Shown in pieces: positions 1 to 11,191 of a DNA stretch of 58,039 nucleotides (its first letter is position 1; each line of letters begins with the position of its first letter). The DNA is from an uncultured Propionibacterium sp. (GTDB lineage Bacteria; Actinomycetota; Actinomycetes; Propionibacteriales; Propionibacteriaceae): positions 1 to 58,039 of the forward strand of contig CAXYYR010000001.1 in NCBI GenBank assembly GCA_964293265.1, in the 5' to 3' direction. Both the position numbers and the translations under genes were made by a program. The notes below the pieces were generated by a model. The model did no database searches, was not told where the DNA came from, and was given only the letters and a program-made list of their open reading frames with translations.

Positions 1-857
1 ACGCGCCGCAGACCGGCGAAGGCCGCCACCTTGGTGCAGATGGCCATGAAGGCCGTCACGGGCGGTGGCGCACCGGTGTAGACATCGGGCACCCATGAGT
101 GGAACGGAACCGCACCCACCTTGAACAGCACACCTGATGTGACCAGCGCAGTGCCGGCAAGAAGCAGGCCGATCGACTCGGTGGACGAGCTGATCGCAGC
201 ATCGATCTCACCGAAGTTGAAGCTGGCCGTGTAACCGTAGATCAGCGCCACACCGAAGAGGAAGAAGGCGCTGGACAGTGCACCCAGAAGGAAGTACTTC
301 AGAGCGGCCTCCTGCGACAGCAGACGACGACGGCGAGCCAACGCACACATCACATAGAGCGGCAGGGAAAGAATCTCCAGAGCCACGAACATGGTGAGCA
401 GGTCGTTGGCGGCCGAGAAGATCAGCATGCCGAACAGCGACATCTCCAGCAGTGCGAAGACCTCGGAGTTCTCCTGACGAGCAGCGATCGCCTGACGCTC
501 GGCAATGGAGCCGGGCACCGTATGGCCCTGGGGGGCGAACGAGCTTGTTCCCCCACCGATGCGGCGTTCGCCGTACAGCAGCGTGGACAGCAGACCGAAG
601 CTCAGCAGCAGCATCCAGACGATGCGTGTTGGCCCGTCGATGGACAGGGCCCCCATCACCACCGGGCCGGGCTGATCAGACCAGCTGAAGCAGACGAACC
701 CGAGCGCCACCACCATCACCAGGATGGCCAGGGCGAACTGGATGGTGAAGCGCTGGGCACGGCCGATGAAGGCCTCACCCAGCACGGACACGATGGCGCC
801 GACCAACAGGACCAGCAGCGGAGCAATCAGCCCATATTCAATCGTGGGACTTTCCAT
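1..857 (-). CDS. nuoN: NADH-quinone oxidoreductase subunit N (3' part outside window)
   Basis: Manual translation from ATG at 857: MESPTIEYGLIAPLL...EILSLPLYVM...EAALKYFLLGALSS...FKVGAVPFHSWVPDVYTGAP. Open to the window edge and directly downstream of nuoM. Confidence 0.95.
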   Translation of the reverse strand, partial: MESPTIEYGLIAPLLVLLVGAIVSVLGEAFIGRAQRFTIQFALAILVMVVALGFVCFSWSDQPGPVVMGALSIDGPTRIVWMLLLSFGLLSTLLYGERRIGGGTSSFAPQGHTVPGSIAERQAIAARQENSEVFALLEMSLFGMLIFSAANDLLTMFVALEILSLPLYVMCALARRRRLLSQEAALKYFLLGALSSAFFLFGVALIYGYTASFNFGEIDAAISSSTESIGLLLAGTALVTSGVLFKVGAVPFHSWVPDVYTGAPPPVTAFMAICTKVAAFAGLRR

Positions 858-860
858 GAC

Positions 861-2408
861 TCAGTTACCCCTCTTCACGGTGGGCTGTGGATTGTCCATG
901 CCAACCTGCACCATCGCCTCGGAGGCGGTGGAATTGACCACATCCAAGGTGGGTCCGGGCACGAATCCGAAGAACAACAGGAGCGCAATGAGCGGGGCGA
1001 TCACCAGACGCTCACGACCGGTGAGGTCGTGGCTGAGGTGCTTCTCGCTCTGCTCAGTCGGCGGACCGGTGAACACCCGCTGATAGGCCAGCATGATGTA
1101 GACCGCAGCCAACACAGTGGCCACAACAGCCACCGCGATGAACACGTGGTGACGCTGCCAGGCCCCCGCCATGATCATGTATTCACCGGCGAAGTTGGCC
1201 AGACCGGGCAGACCCAGCGTAGCCAGACCGGAGGTGAGGAATACACCGGCAATGAGCGGCACCAGCTTCTGCGCGCCACCGAAGTCGGCGATCAGAGCAC
1301 TGCCACGGCGATCAATGAGGAAACCGACCACCAGGAACATCGCCGCAGCACTGAAGCCGTGGGCGAGCATGTAGAAGATCGAGCCACTGATCGACGTGGT
1401 GGTGAACGAGAAGATGCCCAACACCATGAAGCCGAAGTGGCTCACCGAGGTGAAGGCCACCAGGCGCAGCAGATTCTTCGAACCGATCGCCATGAAGGCG
1501 CCGTAGAAGATCGAGATCACGGCAAGCGTGAGCACGAACGGAGTTGCCCACTTCACAGCCTCCGGGAAGAAGGCCAGGCAGAAACGGATCATTCCGAAGG
1601 TGCCGATCTTGTCGAGCGTTGCCACCAACAGAGTGGTGGCACCCGGACGGGCCTGCTCGGCAGTATCGGGCAACCAGGTGTGCACCGGCACCATCGGCGC
1701 CTTGATCGCAAAGGCGATGAAGAAGGCGATGAACAGCCAACGTCCGGTCCACTCACTCATCGGCAGGCCGGCCAGGTCTGCGGTGAGCAGACTCGGCGAC
1801 CCGGCACGTGTGGACACCAGATACATGCCGATCACACCGAGCAGCAGCACCAGGCCACCAGCCAGGCTGAACAGCAGGAACTTCATGGCCGCCGCAGCGC
1901 GCTTCGCACCACCCCATCCTGCGATGAGGAAATACATCGGAATGAGTGTTGCCTCGAAGAAGATGTAGAACAACAGCAGATCGGACGCCATGAAGACGAA
2001 CAGCGTGAAGCCCTCGAGCATCAGCGCAAGCGCCATGAAGGTTTCGCTGCTCCAACGGGCAGGCGCCACCTGGGCCGACTTGTCAACCGATTCCAGATCA
2101 CCGGAACCAACCGAGTCGCCAACATGCCATTCGGCAATCAGCACGATCGGCACGAGCACCACTGTGAGCAGCACCAGCACCTTGGCCATGCCATCAAGAT
2201 CAAGCGCATACCATGCGCCGATCTGAGAGATCCAGCTGAACTTTTCGCTCAGCCCGGTCATGAAGAAGGTCGCCACGCCTACAGCGAGGGTGACCAGCGA
2301 GAACAGAATTGCGGCAATCTTGCCGCCGCGTCCACGCAGTGCGAACACCACGATGGACCCGACAAGAGGCAGCAGACCCAGAACCGTGAGCCAGGGGAAA
2401 GTCATCAC
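861..2408 (-). CDS. nuoM: NADH-quinone oxidoreductase subunit M
   Basis: Hydrophobic; motifs FFEATLIPMYFLI, AIKAPMVPVHTWLPD, LGLPGLANFAGE; operon position. Confidence 0.97.
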   Translation of the reverse strand: MMTFPWLTVLGLLPLVGSIVVFALRGRGGKIAAILFSLVTLAVGVATFFMTGLSEKFSWISQIGAWYALDLDGMAKVLVLLTVVLVPIVLIAEWHVGDSVGSGDLESVDKSAQVAPARWSSETFMALALMLEGFTLFVFMASDLLLFYIFFEATLIPMYFLIAGWGGAKRAAAAMKFLLFSLAGGLVLLLGVIGMYLVSTRAGSPSLLTADLAGLPMSEWTGRWLFIAFFIAFAIKAPMVPVHTWLPDTAEQARPGATTLLVATLDKIGTFGMIRFCLAFFPEAVKWATPFVLTLAVISIFYGAFMAIGSKNLLRLVAFTSVSHFGFMVLGIFSFTTTSISGSIFYMLAHGFSAAAMFLVVGFLIDRRGSALIADFGGAQKLVPLIAGVFLTSGLATLGLPGLANFAGEYMIMAGAWQRHHVFIAVAVVATVLAAVYIMLAYQRVFTGPPTEQSEKHLSHDLTGRERLVIAPLIALLLFFGFVPGPTLDVVNSTASEAMVQVGMDNPQPTVKRGN

Positions 2409-2419
2409 TATTACCTTCC

Positions 2420-4327
2420 TCAGGCCAGCTGGCCCAGGATCATCACGACGCCGATCACGACGAGGCCCAGCGCCATCGTGACGCCGTACGTTCGCACATA
2501 GCCGTTCTGCATCAGGCGCAGGGCGCCGGAGGCACCCTTCACCGCCACAGCAGAGCCACGAACCGCACCATCGACCACATGGTCGTCAGTGAGTTCCAGT
2601 CCATCGCACAGTGCTTGTCCGGGGCGCATGAAGACCGCCTCGTTGAATTGATTGGCATAGAGCTCGTTGCGCCCGGCAAGCACGAAGAAGTTACGCGACT
2701 TTTGCGTCTCGGGAGCAATGTTCTTGCGATACAGCACCACGCCGAGCACAACGCCCAGGGCAACCACTGCCAGCGTCACCAGGCTGATCCAGCCGGTGTC
2801 GAAGACATGCACGGGATGCACCTCATTGGCCACTGCCGGCGCAAGCCAGCCCTGGATCCAACCGTTGAGCGCAAGACCACCGACAACCGAGATGGCTGCC
2901 AGCACCACCAGCGGAATCACCATCAGTGCACCGGGCTTGTGCGGGTGCACCTCGGGCTGCCAACGCTGCTTGCCGGCAAAGGTCATCATCATGAGCCGCG
3001 TCATGTAGAACGCGGTGATGCCTGCACCGATGAGGGCAAGCCATCCGAAGATCGGGCCCTTGTCGAAGGCAGCGGTGATGATGTGGTCCTTGGAATAGAA
3101 GCCCGCGAAGAACGGGAATCCGATGATTGCCAGATAGCCGCAGGCGAAGGTGCCGAACACCCAGGGCATGGCCTTGGCCAGCGCCCCGAAGTGGTGCATG
3201 TTCGTGTCCTCGTTCATCCCGTGCATCACAGCACCGGCACCGAGGAACATATTGGCCTTGAAGGCACCGTGGGTGAGCAGGTGGAAGATCGCGAAGGCCG
3301 CGCCCGCCGGTCCAAGACCAGCGGCCAGCATCATGTAGCCGATCTGGCTCATCGTGGAGCCGGCCAGCACCTTCTTGATGTCGTCCTTGGCGCAACCGAT
3401 CCAGGCGCCGGCGAACACCGACGCGAGACCGACCACCGTGACCGCCAGGCTGGCAGTCGTGCTCATCTCGTAGATGGCATGTGAACGCACCACCAGATAG
3501 ACGCCTGCGGTGACCATCGTTGCCGCGTGGATCAGGGCCGAGACCGGGGTCGGGCCCTCCATGGCGTCCAACAGCCAGACCTGCAGGGGCACCTGGGCAG
3601 ACTTGCCGCAGGCAGCCAGCAGGAGCAGGCAGCCGAGTGCAGTGGCCCAACCGGGCGAGGCGCTGGCAACAGAGCTGCTGACGTCCTCGAAGCGCACCGA
3701 GCCGAACAGCGAGAACATCGCAAAGCTCGCGGTGAGCAGGCCCAGATCGCCCACCTTGTTGGTGACGAAGGCCTTCTTGGCGGCCAGCGCCGCAGAATTG
3801 CGATCCTGCCAGAAGCCGATCAGCAGATAGGACGCCAGGCCCACACCCTCCCAGCCGATGAACAACATGATGTAGTTGTCGGCCAGCACCAGGGTCATCA
3901 TCGACGCCACGAAGAAATTCAGGAAGGCGAAGAAACGACGACGGTGGGGATCATCGGCCATGTAGCCGATGGAGTAGATGAAGATGAGCGAACCCACCCC
4001 GGTGACCAGCAGTGCGAACAGGATCGACAGCTGATCAACCAGCAGGCTGATGTCGATCGAGAACGCACCGGCGCTCGCCCAGGTGTAGACGGGCACACTG
4101 ACTGCCCGGCTCGACTCGTCGCTGCCCATCATCTGGATGAACAGCAGCAGTGCAATGACAAAGGATGCGATCGGCGCCAGCACGCCAAGCAGGTGACCCC
4201 ACTTGTCGCTGCGCTTTCCGATCACCAGCAGCAGCCCGGCAACCGCGAGTGGAATCGCGATCATCAGCCACGCATAACTGAACAATCCGGTCGCCTCGAC
4301 CGGAGCCATGGTCTCGAGAAGATTCAC
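2420..4327 (-). CDS. nuoL: NADH-quinone oxidoreductase subunit L
   Basis: GWEGVGLASYLLIGFW, GKSAQVPLQVWLLDAMEGPTPVSALIHAATMV. Confidence 0.97.
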   Translation of the reverse strand: MNLLETMAPVEATGLFSYAWLMIAIPLAVAGLLLVIGKRSDKWGHLLGVLAPIASFVIALLLFIQMMGSDESSRAVSVPVYTWASAGAFSIDISLLVDQLSILFALLVTGVGSLIFIYSIGYMADDPHRRRFFAFLNFFVASMMTLVLADNYIMLFIGWEGVGLASYLLIGFWQDRNSAALAAKKAFVTNKVGDLGLLTASFAMFSLFGSVRFEDVSSSVASASPGWATALGCLLLLAACGKSAQVPLQVWLLDAMEGPTPVSALIHAATMVTAGVYLVVRSHAIYEMSTTASLAVTVVGLASVFAGAWIGCAKDDIKKVLAGSTMSQIGYMMLAAGLGPAGAAFAIFHLLTHGAFKANMFLGAGAVMHGMNEDTNMHHFGALAKAMPWVFGTFACGYLAIIGFPFFAGFYSKDHIITAAFDKGPIFGWLALIGAGITAFYMTRLMMMTFAGKQRWQPEVHPHKPGALMVIPLVVLAAISVVGGLALNGWIQGWLAPAVANEVHPVHVFDTGWISLVTLAVVALGVVLGVVLYRKNIAPETQKSRNFFVLAGRNELYANQFNEAVFMRPGQALCDGLELTDDHVVDGAVRGSAVAVKGASGALRLMQNGYVRTYGVTMALGLVVIGVVMILGQLA

Positions 4328-4337
4328 CGATGCCCCC

Positions 4338-4637
4338 TCAGTGCTTCAGCAGATTTTCGTCGTCGACCGAGGCCGAGCGTCGGGTTCGGAAAATCGTCAC
4401 GATGATGGCCAAGCCCACAACCACTTCTGCGGCAGCCACCACCATCACGAAGAAGGCGGCTATTTGGCCGTCGAGATTGCCATGCACATTGGCGAAGGTC
4501 GCCAGCGACAGGTTCGCCGCATTGAGCATGAGCTCAATGGACATGAACGCGATGATCGCATTGCGGCGCACGAGGAATCCCAGCACGCCGATGCTGAACA
4601 GAATCGCGGACAGGATGATGAACGCATTGGGGTTCAT
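4338..4637 (-). CDS. nuoK: NADH-quinone oxidoreductase subunit K
   Basis: 99 aa; [22 protein letters not shown]. Confidence 0.97.
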   Translation of the reverse strand: MNPNAFIILSAILFSIGVLGFLVRRNAIIAFMSIELMLNAANLSLATFANVHGNLDGQIAAFFVMVVAAAEVVVGLAIIVTIFRTRRSASVDDENLLKH

Positions 4638-5503
4638 CGGTTGACCTCCTTGGTACCGTTCTCATCGGCCTTGTCAGAGGCGATCTGCTCGTCGCTGGGC
4701 ACAACGCCCTTCTGGTCGTCACGCACATCGACGATGGCCTTGTTGGCACGCATTGTCGGGGTGACCAGACGATCACGATCGACCACCACGATGCCGCGAT
4801 CGGCGAGCGTGGGAATGATCGAATCCTCGGCAATGGAACCGTCAGGCAGCAGGGACGGATTGTCCACGGAATTGTGGCGTGCATAGACACCGGGATTCGG
4901 CAGCGGTCCGGGCTGGGTGCCCAGTTCGCCGAACTCCTTGGTGCGACGCACGATGCGTTCGGGCTGACGTTCCTTCTTGAACAGCTGCTCGCCGTGCGCC
5001 AACACCATTGCAGCCAGAGCAGCGGTGATGAGCAGTGCGGCAGTCGCCTCGAAGGGGAAGACATATTTGCTGAACACCAGATAGGCAATCGACTTCACAT
5101 TGCCCTCGGTGCCCACGGCCTGATCAAGACCGACCGAGTCGGACACGATGCCGTGGCCCACAGCCAGGATGAGCAGCGCAAGCAGGCCCACCACCCCGAC
5201 AATGGCAGCAATCCGCTGACCCTTGATGGTCTCGATCATCTCGTCGACGGTGTCGATGCCGATCACCATCATGGTGAACACGAACAGCATCATCACTGCG
5301 CCGGTGTAGACGATGATCTGCGCCACGAACAGGAAGGGCGCATCGAGACTTGCATAAAGGCCAGCCAGGCAGACCATCAATCCGGCCAGGCAGAGCGCCG
5401 AGTGCACGGGCTTGCGGCTCGTCACCATGCCGATTCCGGCAATCACGGTGAGCGGCCCCAACACCCAGAAGGCGACTGCCTGGGCAGTTACCAAGGGGAT
5501 CAT
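4634..5503 (-). CDS. nuoJ: NADH-quinone oxidoreductase subunit J
   Basis: [21 protein letters not shown]; actinobacterial C-terminal extension ([12 protein letters not shown]). Confidence 0.96.
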   Translation of the reverse strand: MIPLVTAQAVAFWVLGPLTVIAGIGMVTSRKPVHSALCLAGLMVCLAGLYASLDAPFLFVAQIIVYTGAVMMLFVFTMMVIGIDTVDEMIETIKGQRIAAIVGVVGLLALLILAVGHGIVSDSVGLDQAVGTEGNVKSIAYLVFSKYVFPFEATAALLITAALAAMVLAHGEQLFKKERQPERIVRRTKEFGELGTQPGPLPNPGVYARHNSVDNPSLLPDGSIAEDSIIPTLADRGIVVVDRDRLVTPTMRANKAIVDVRDDQKGVVPSDEQIASDKADENGTKEVNR

Positions 5504-6072
5504 TTGGCGTCTCCAGTCCAGTTGTTTGCTGCGGCGCGAGCGGCCACAACCACGCCACGCTCGTCCAGCTCGTTGTCGGGAGGCAATCCGAGGAAATAGT
5601 CGTCCTCGTCGTCGCCCAGACGGCGCGGGTGGGGCGGCTGCTCCATGCCCGGCAGAAGCGGGGCCAGCAGCCGGTCCTTGTCATAGATCAGGCTTTCGCG
5701 GGTTTCGTCCGCAAGCTTGAACTCATTGGTCATGGTGAGGGCACGCGTGGGGCAGGCCTCAATGCACATGCCGCACAGGATGCATCGCAGATAGTTGATC
5801 TGATAGACGCGTCCGTAACGCTCGCCGGGGCTGTAACGCTCGTCCTCGGTGTTGTCGGCAGCCTCCACGTAAATGGCATCAGCCGGGCAGGCCCACGAGC
5901 ACAGCTCACAACCGACACACTTCTCCAGACCATCGGGCCAGCGGTTCAGCTGGTGACGGCCATGGAAACGTGGGGCGACAAGGCGTTCCTTGCCCTTCTC
6001 CGGGTAGCCCTGGGTGAAGGACTTGCGGAACATCGTCCGGAAGGTGATTCCGAAACCTGACCACGCACCCAT
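5500..6072 (-). CDS. nuoI: NADH-quinone oxidoreductase subunit I (2x[4Fe-4S])
   Basis: [12 protein letters not shown] and [12 protein letters not shown]. Confidence 0.97.
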   Translation of the reverse strand: MGAWSGFGITFRTMFRKSFTQGYPEKGKERLVAPRFHGRHQLNRWPDGLEKCVGCELCSWACPADAIYVEAADNTEDERYSPGERYGRVYQINYLRCILCGMCIEACPTRALTMTNEFKLADETRESLIYDKDRLLAPLLPGMEQPPHPRRLGDDEDDYFLGLPPDNELDERGVVVAARAAANNWTGDAK

Positions 6073-7446
6073 TTACAACACCCCCTTGATTGACTTGCCG
6101 GGTTCTGCATCGCCGGGCGCATCGCCACCCGAGGGATCTCGACTCGGCGGAGCGGCCTCAGAGGCCACGATGTCGGCATAGGCGAGCAGCTTCTGTCCGG
6201 GCATCGGCGGCACGGGATAGCCATCGGCGAAGGCATCGAAAACCTCGTCGTCAGCATCCTCGGGTTCGGCTTCCTTCGGTTTCGGCCAGAAGGCGTAGAC
6301 CAACAGGGCCACCACGATGACGCCCACGATGATGCGCATTGCCGGGTTGGCGAACCAACCGTTGGCGATGCCGCCGCGCATGACGGCGATGAACAGGATC
6401 CACACCAGATTGATCGGGATGAGCACCTTCCAGCCAAGATCCATGAGCTGGTCGTAACGCACGCGGGGCAGAGCGCCGCGCACCCAGGTGAAGGTGAACA
6501 CCAGGAACTGGGCCTTGAGGAAGAACCACAGCAGGCCCCACCAGCCGTTGTTGAGTGCGCCATCGGCAATCATGTTGAACGGCCAGGGCGCGCCGTAGCC
6601 GCCGAGGAACAGGGTGGTGCAGACCGACGAGACGGTGAGCACATTGATGTACTCGGCCAGATAGAACATGGCGTAACGGAAGCCGGAGTAGTCGGTGATG
6701 TGACCCGAGACGAGCTCGGACTCACACTCGGCCATGTCGAACGGCAGACGGTTGGTCTCGCCGTACATCGAAATGAAATAGGTGACGAAGCTCGGCAGCA
6801 ACAGCAACCAGTAGTGCGAGGGGAAGAAGGTCTCGAATCCGAAGAAATCAAGATGTTCCATCTGCGCAGCAACAATCTGGCTGGTGCTCATCGAGCCGGC
6901 GTACATGAACACTGCCACCAGTGACAGGCCCATGGCGACCTCGTAGCTGATCAGCTGTGCGCTGGCGCGCATCGAGCCGAGCAGCGAGTAGGTGCCGTTC
7001 GAAGCCCAACCGGCGAGCACGACGCCGTAGACGCCGATCGAGGCAATGGCCAGGATCAACAGCACCGAGACCGGCAGATCAGTGATCTGCAGCCGCGTGG
7101 TGTGGCCGAAGATGGACACCTCACCGCCGAAGGGGATCACTGCCCACGAGCTGAACGCGGCGACCGCGATCAGCAGCGGTGCCAGGCTGAACACCAATTT
7201 GTCGGTGCGGGCCGGACGGAAATCTTCCTTGAGCAGCAGCTTCACGCCTTCGGCGATCGTCTGTGGCAGACCGAGCGGGCCGTTCATCACAGGGCCAATG
7301 CGGTTCTGCATCTTGGCGATCACCCGGCGCTCGAACCACACATTGAAGATGATCCACAGCAGCACGGCGACAAAGACCACGACCACCTTGATGAGCACGA
7401 CCCACCATGGGTCTGCCCCGAAGATCATGTTCTCCAGCGGAATCAT
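6073..7446 (-). CDS. nuoH: NADH-quinone oxidoreductase subunit H
   Basis: ERRVIAKMQNRIGP, ETNRLPFD, PRVRYDQLM. Confidence 0.97.
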   Translation of the reverse strand: MIPLENMIFGADPWWVVLIKVVVVFVAVLLWIIFNVWFERRVIAKMQNRIGPVMNGPLGLPQTIAEGVKLLLKEDFRPARTDKLVFSLAPLLIAVAAFSSWAVIPFGGEVSIFGHTTRLQITDLPVSVLLILAIASIGVYGVVLAGWASNGTYSLLGSMRASAQLISYEVAMGLSLVAVFMYAGSMSTSQIVAAQMEHLDFFGFETFFPSHYWLLLLPSFVTYFISMYGETNRLPFDMAECESELVSGHITDYSGFRYAMFYLAEYINVLTVSSVCTTLFLGGYGAPWPFNMIADGALNNGWWGLLWFFLKAQFLVFTFTWVRGALPRVRYDQLMDLGWKVLIPINLVWILFIAVMRGGIANGWFANPAMRIIVGVIVVALLVYAFWPKPKEAEPEDADDEVFDAFADGYPVPPMPGQKLLAYADIVASEAAPPSRDPSGGDAPGDAEPGKSIKGVL

Positions 7447-9854
7447 GCGGCACCTCCGGTGACCTCGACCCGCGTGCCGGCAGCGGCAACGAGTCCACTA
7501 TTGACGGTATTTCTGGTGTTACCTGGCACCCAGACCACTCCGGGAACCATGTCGGGCACCACGACCAGCGGAGCTGCGACGACGGTATTGCCCGCCTTCA
7601 CCTGCACCGTCTGACCATTTGTCACACCCAGCTCGGCAGCATCGCCGGGAGCCAGACGAACCGACGCCGGCGGCGCGGTGGCAAGCAGTGCATCTGCACC
7701 ATCGAGCCCGGCTGCGTCGTCAAGCAGGAGACGCCAGCTGGCGAGCACGAACTCACCCTTGCCTGTGGCCTCGGGCACATCGTCGGGCAGCTCGCAGTGC
7801 GCCTTGGCACCGCTCCAGTCGGCAATCTCTTCCCATGCCTTGCGGGCCTGGGTGGGAGTACGCATACCGAGATCGGAGCCGAGTGCATCGGCCAGGGCCG
7901 CGAGCACTCGCACATCACTCATCGGCGAGACGGTCTCCTCATTCACCAGGTTGACCGCACGATGGCGATGTTCCCAGTTGATGAAGGTGCCCACCTGGTC
8001 TTCGATCAGGGCAACCGGCAGCACAACATCGGCCAGTTCGCTGATCTCGGTGCGACGCTGTTCCAGACTCACCACGAAGCCAGCGGCCTCGATGGCGGTG
8101 AGCACGGCAGCAGGATCAGCAAAATCCTCGGCCTGGATGCCACCGGTGATCAGCGCCTTGAGAGCGCCCGATCCGGCGCCCCGCAGAATCGCAGAGGCAT
8201 CGCGTCCCGGCTCGGTGGGAAGCTGTGCCCCACCCCAGGCGGCCTGAAGATCAACGCGGGCAGCAGCATCGGTGACGCCGCGGGCTGCGGGCAGCAGACC
8301 CGGCAGCAGTCCCGCTTCCAGCGCACCCAATTCGCCGGCGCGACGCGGAATCCACGCAAACTTGGCGCCGGTCTTGGCTGCTGCATCGGCCACTGCGGTG
8401 AGCGCGCCAGCACTGAGTGCTGCCCGCTCCCCCACCAGAATCACGGTGTCGTCGTCGATTTCACCCGACGCCGCCAGAGTGGCGATCTCGGTGGCCTCGT
8501 GGCCGGGAGTGGTCGGGCAGAGCCGAGCACCCATCTTCTCGGAGCCACGGCTTGCGAAGGGCGCCAGGGTGAGCACCTGCAGGCCTTTCTTGCGCCATGC
8601 CTTGCGCAGGCGCAAGAAGACCATCGGCGATTCGTCCTCGGGCTCAAAGCTGACCAGCACCACCTTGCGGGCCTTTTCGAGCGCCTCATAGGTGACTGAG
8701 CTGGCGAGCTCACCACCCACAACATGGTTGGTGAGGAAGGCCTCTTCCTCGGCGCTTGCGGCGCGCGAGCGGAAGTCGACATCGTTGGTGCCCAGCACAG
8801 CGCGGGCAAAGCGACTGTAGGCCAGTGAGTTCTCCAGGGTCAGACGACCACCGGGCAGCACGCCCACCGAGCTGCCGGCCTTTTCCAGGCCTTCGGCTGC
8901 GGCGTCGATTGCTTCAGGCCAGCTTGCCGCCTCGAGCACGCCATTGCGACGCACCAGCGGGCCGGTCAGACGATCCTCGCCGTGACCCGAACGGAAACCG
9001 AAGCGACCCTTGTCGCAATTCCATTCCTCGTTCACAGCCGGATCATTGCCGGCCAGACGACGCTTGATCTGGAAGTGACGGTGATCAACACGCAATTCAC
9101 AACCCGAAGCGCAATGCTCACAGGCCGACGGGGTGCTCACCAGATCGTGCGGACGCGACTGGAAGCGGTAATCGGCACTGGTCAGCGCGCCGACCGGGCA
9201 GATCTGAATGATGTTGCCACCGAAATACGACTCATAGGGGTGATCGGCATATTCGGCGATCTGCGAGAAGCCGCCACGCTCGGCCAGCGAGATGAAGTCA
9301 TCGCCGCTGATCTCTTCGCTGAAGCGGGTGCAGCGCTGGCACAGAATGCAACGCTCGCGGTCGAAGACGATCTCGGGGTTGATGTGCGTGGGCTTCACAT
9401 AGGTGCGCTTGACGCCCTCATAACGGGTTTCGCCGCGTCCATGGCTCATTGCCTGGTTCTGCAGGGGGCATTCGCCGCCCTTGTCGCAGATGGGGCAGTC
9501 AAGTGGATGGTTGATCAGCAGGAACTCGATCATACCCGACTGGTGCTTTGCCACGGTCGGATTCGAATCGGCCGTCTCCACCTGCATGCCGGGCATGGCG
9601 GTGAGTGCGCAGGCCGGTTGGGGCTTCATGGCCCGACCGTTTCCGGCGTCGGGCACCTCAACCAGGCAGACGCGACAGGCGGCAACCGGATCAAGCAGCG
9701 GATGGTCGCAGAAGCGCGGGATGTTCACACCGATCATTTCGGCGGCCCGGATGACCAATGTGCCCTTCGGCACGCTCACCTCAGCCCCGTCGATGGTGAA
9801 GGTGACGAGATCGGGCTTCGGGGCGACCTCGGTGGATTTCGTTTCGGTGCTCAT
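7443..9854 (-). CDS. nuoG: NADH-quinone oxidoreductase subunit G
   Basis: IPRFCDHP..ACRVCLVE, HPLDCPICDKGGECPLQ, CILCQRCTRF, CEHCASGC. Confidence 0.97.
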   Translation of the reverse strand: MSTETKSTEVAPKPDLVTFTIDGAEVSVPKGTLVIRAAEMIGVNIPRFCDHPLLDPVAACRVCLVEVPDAGNGRAMKPQPACALTAMPGMQVETADSNPTVAKHQSGMIEFLLINHPLDCPICDKGGECPLQNQAMSHGRGETRYEGVKRTYVKPTHINPEIVFDRERCILCQRCTRFSEEISGDDFISLAERGGFSQIAEYADHPYESYFGGNIIQICPVGALTSADYRFQSRPHDLVSTPSACEHCASGCELRVDHRHFQIKRRLAGNDPAVNEEWNCDKGRFGFRSGHGEDRLTGPLVRRNGVLEAASWPEAIDAAAEGLEKAGSSVGVLPGGRLTLENSLAYSRFARAVLGTNDVDFRSRAASAEEEAFLTNHVVGGELASSVTYEALEKARKVVLVSFEPEDESPMVFLRLRKAWRKKGLQVLTLAPFASRGSEKMGARLCPTTPGHEATEIATLAASGEIDDDTVILVGERAALSAGALTAVADAAAKTGAKFAWIPRRAGELGALEAGLLPGLLPAARGVTDAAARVDLQAAWGGAQLPTEPGRDASAILRGAGSGALKALITGGIQAEDFADPAAVLTAIEAAGFVVSLEQRRTEISELADVVLPVALIEDQVGTFINWEHRHRAVNLVNEETVSPMSDVRVLAALADALGSDLGMRTPTQARKAWEEIADWSGAKAHCELPDDVPEATGKGEFVLASWRLLLDDAAGLDGADALLATAPPASVRLAPGDAAELGVTNGQTVQVKAGNTVVAAPLVVVPDMVPGVVWVPGNTRNTVNSGLVAAAGTRVEVTGGAA

Positions 9855-11191
9855 GCCGTGGCTCCCGTCAGGGTGATCGACTCACGGTCGGGGTCGGGGA
9901 ACAGCGCGCTCTTCTCGTATGGGTAGAGCTCCCAGGCCGGGGTGTGATAGCCCTGTTCGAATTCAGGTCGGAAATGCTTGATGGCGCTGGTGATGCAGGC
10001 AACGAAGCCGTCGGCCAGCGTGCAGAAGCTCTTCATCGAGACGTTGTCGCAGATGTCGAGGAGCTTGTCCACGTCACCCTCGACGCCCTTGCCGGCCTCG
10101 AGATTGCGCAAGGTCTGCACAAGCCACCAGCTGCCTTCACGGCAGGGAGTGCACTTGCCACAGCTCTCATGCTTGTAGAACTCGGTCCAGCGCAGTGTGG
10201 TGCGCACCACCGAAGTGGTCTCGTCGAACATCTGCAGGGCCTTGGTGCCCAGGATCGAGCCAGCCGCCGAGACGTTCTCGTAGTCGAGCGGCACATCGAG
10301 CTGCTCGGGTGTGAACATCGGGGTGGACGAACCACCGGGCGTGAAGAACTTCAGCTGATGTCCCTCGCGGATGCCGCCGCCCAGCTCCAGGATCTCGCGG
10401 GCGGTGATGCCCAGCGGGGCCTCGTACTGGCCGGGACGCACAACATGGCCCGACAGTGAATAGATCGTCGCACCCTTGGACTTCTCGGTGCCCATCGACT
10501 GGTACCACTCGGCGCCATTTCGCACGATGGCGGGAACCGAGGCAATCGATTCGGCATTGTTCACCACTGTGGGGCAGGCGTACAGACCCTCGACGGCGGG
10601 GAACGGCGGACGCAGACGAGGCTGGCCGCGGTGACCCTCGTGGGCCGACAGCTGCGCAGTCTCCTCACCACAGATGTAGGCGCCGGCTCCGGAATGCACC
10701 ACGATGTCGAGGTCATATCCGGTGCCGAACAGATCCTTGCCGAGCAGGCCCTTGTCATAGGCCTCGCGCACGGCCTGCTGCAGACGACGGATCGCCTGGA
10801 GCACCTCGCCGCGGCAGAAGATGAATGCATGGTGGGCATTCACTGCATAACAGGCAATGATGATGCCCTCGAGCAGGGTGTGCGGCGTGGCCATGAGCAT
10901 CGGCATGTCCTTGCAGGTGCCGGGCTCCGACTCGTCGCAGTTGACAACCAAGTACTTGGGCTTGGGATTGTCCTGCGGAATGAACGACCACTTCATGCCA
11001 GTGGGGAATCCTGCACCACCACGGCCGCGAAGACCGGAGGCCTTCACCAGATCAATGACTTCCGGCGACTTCATGGTGGTGAGCGCCTTGCGGGCGGCGT
11101 CATAGCCGCCGCCACGCAGATAGGTGTCAAGCTTCCACGAATCGGGGGTGTCCCAGTCCTTCGTGAGGATCGGGGTCAGAGTGTCTGTCAC
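9851..11191 (-). CDS. nuoF: NADH-quinone oxidoreductase subunit F
   Basis: GLRGRGGAGFPTG, DESEPGT, GAGAYICGEE, ESCGKCTPCREG. Confidence 0.97.
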   Translation of the reverse strand: MTDTLTPILTKDWDTPDSWKLDTYLRGGGYDAARKALTTMKSPEVIDLVKASGLRGRGGAGFPTGMKWSFIPQDNPKPKYLVVNCDESEPGTCKDMPMLMATPHTLLEGIIIACYAVNAHHAFIFCRGEVLQAIRRLQQAVREAYDKGLLGKDLFGTGYDLDIVVHSGAGAYICGEETAQLSAHEGHRGQPRLRPPFPAVEGLYACPTVVNNAESIASVPAIVRNGAEWYQSMGTEKSKGATIYSLSGHVVRPGQYEAPLGITAREILELGGGIREGHQLKFFTPGGSSTPMFTPEQLDVPLDYENVSAAGSILGTKALQMFDETTSVVRTTLRWTEFYKHESCGKCTPCREGSWWLVQTLRNLEAGKGVEGDVDKLLDICDNVSMKSFCTLADGFVACITSAIKHFRPEFEQGYHTPAWELYPYEKSALFPDPDRESITLTGATA

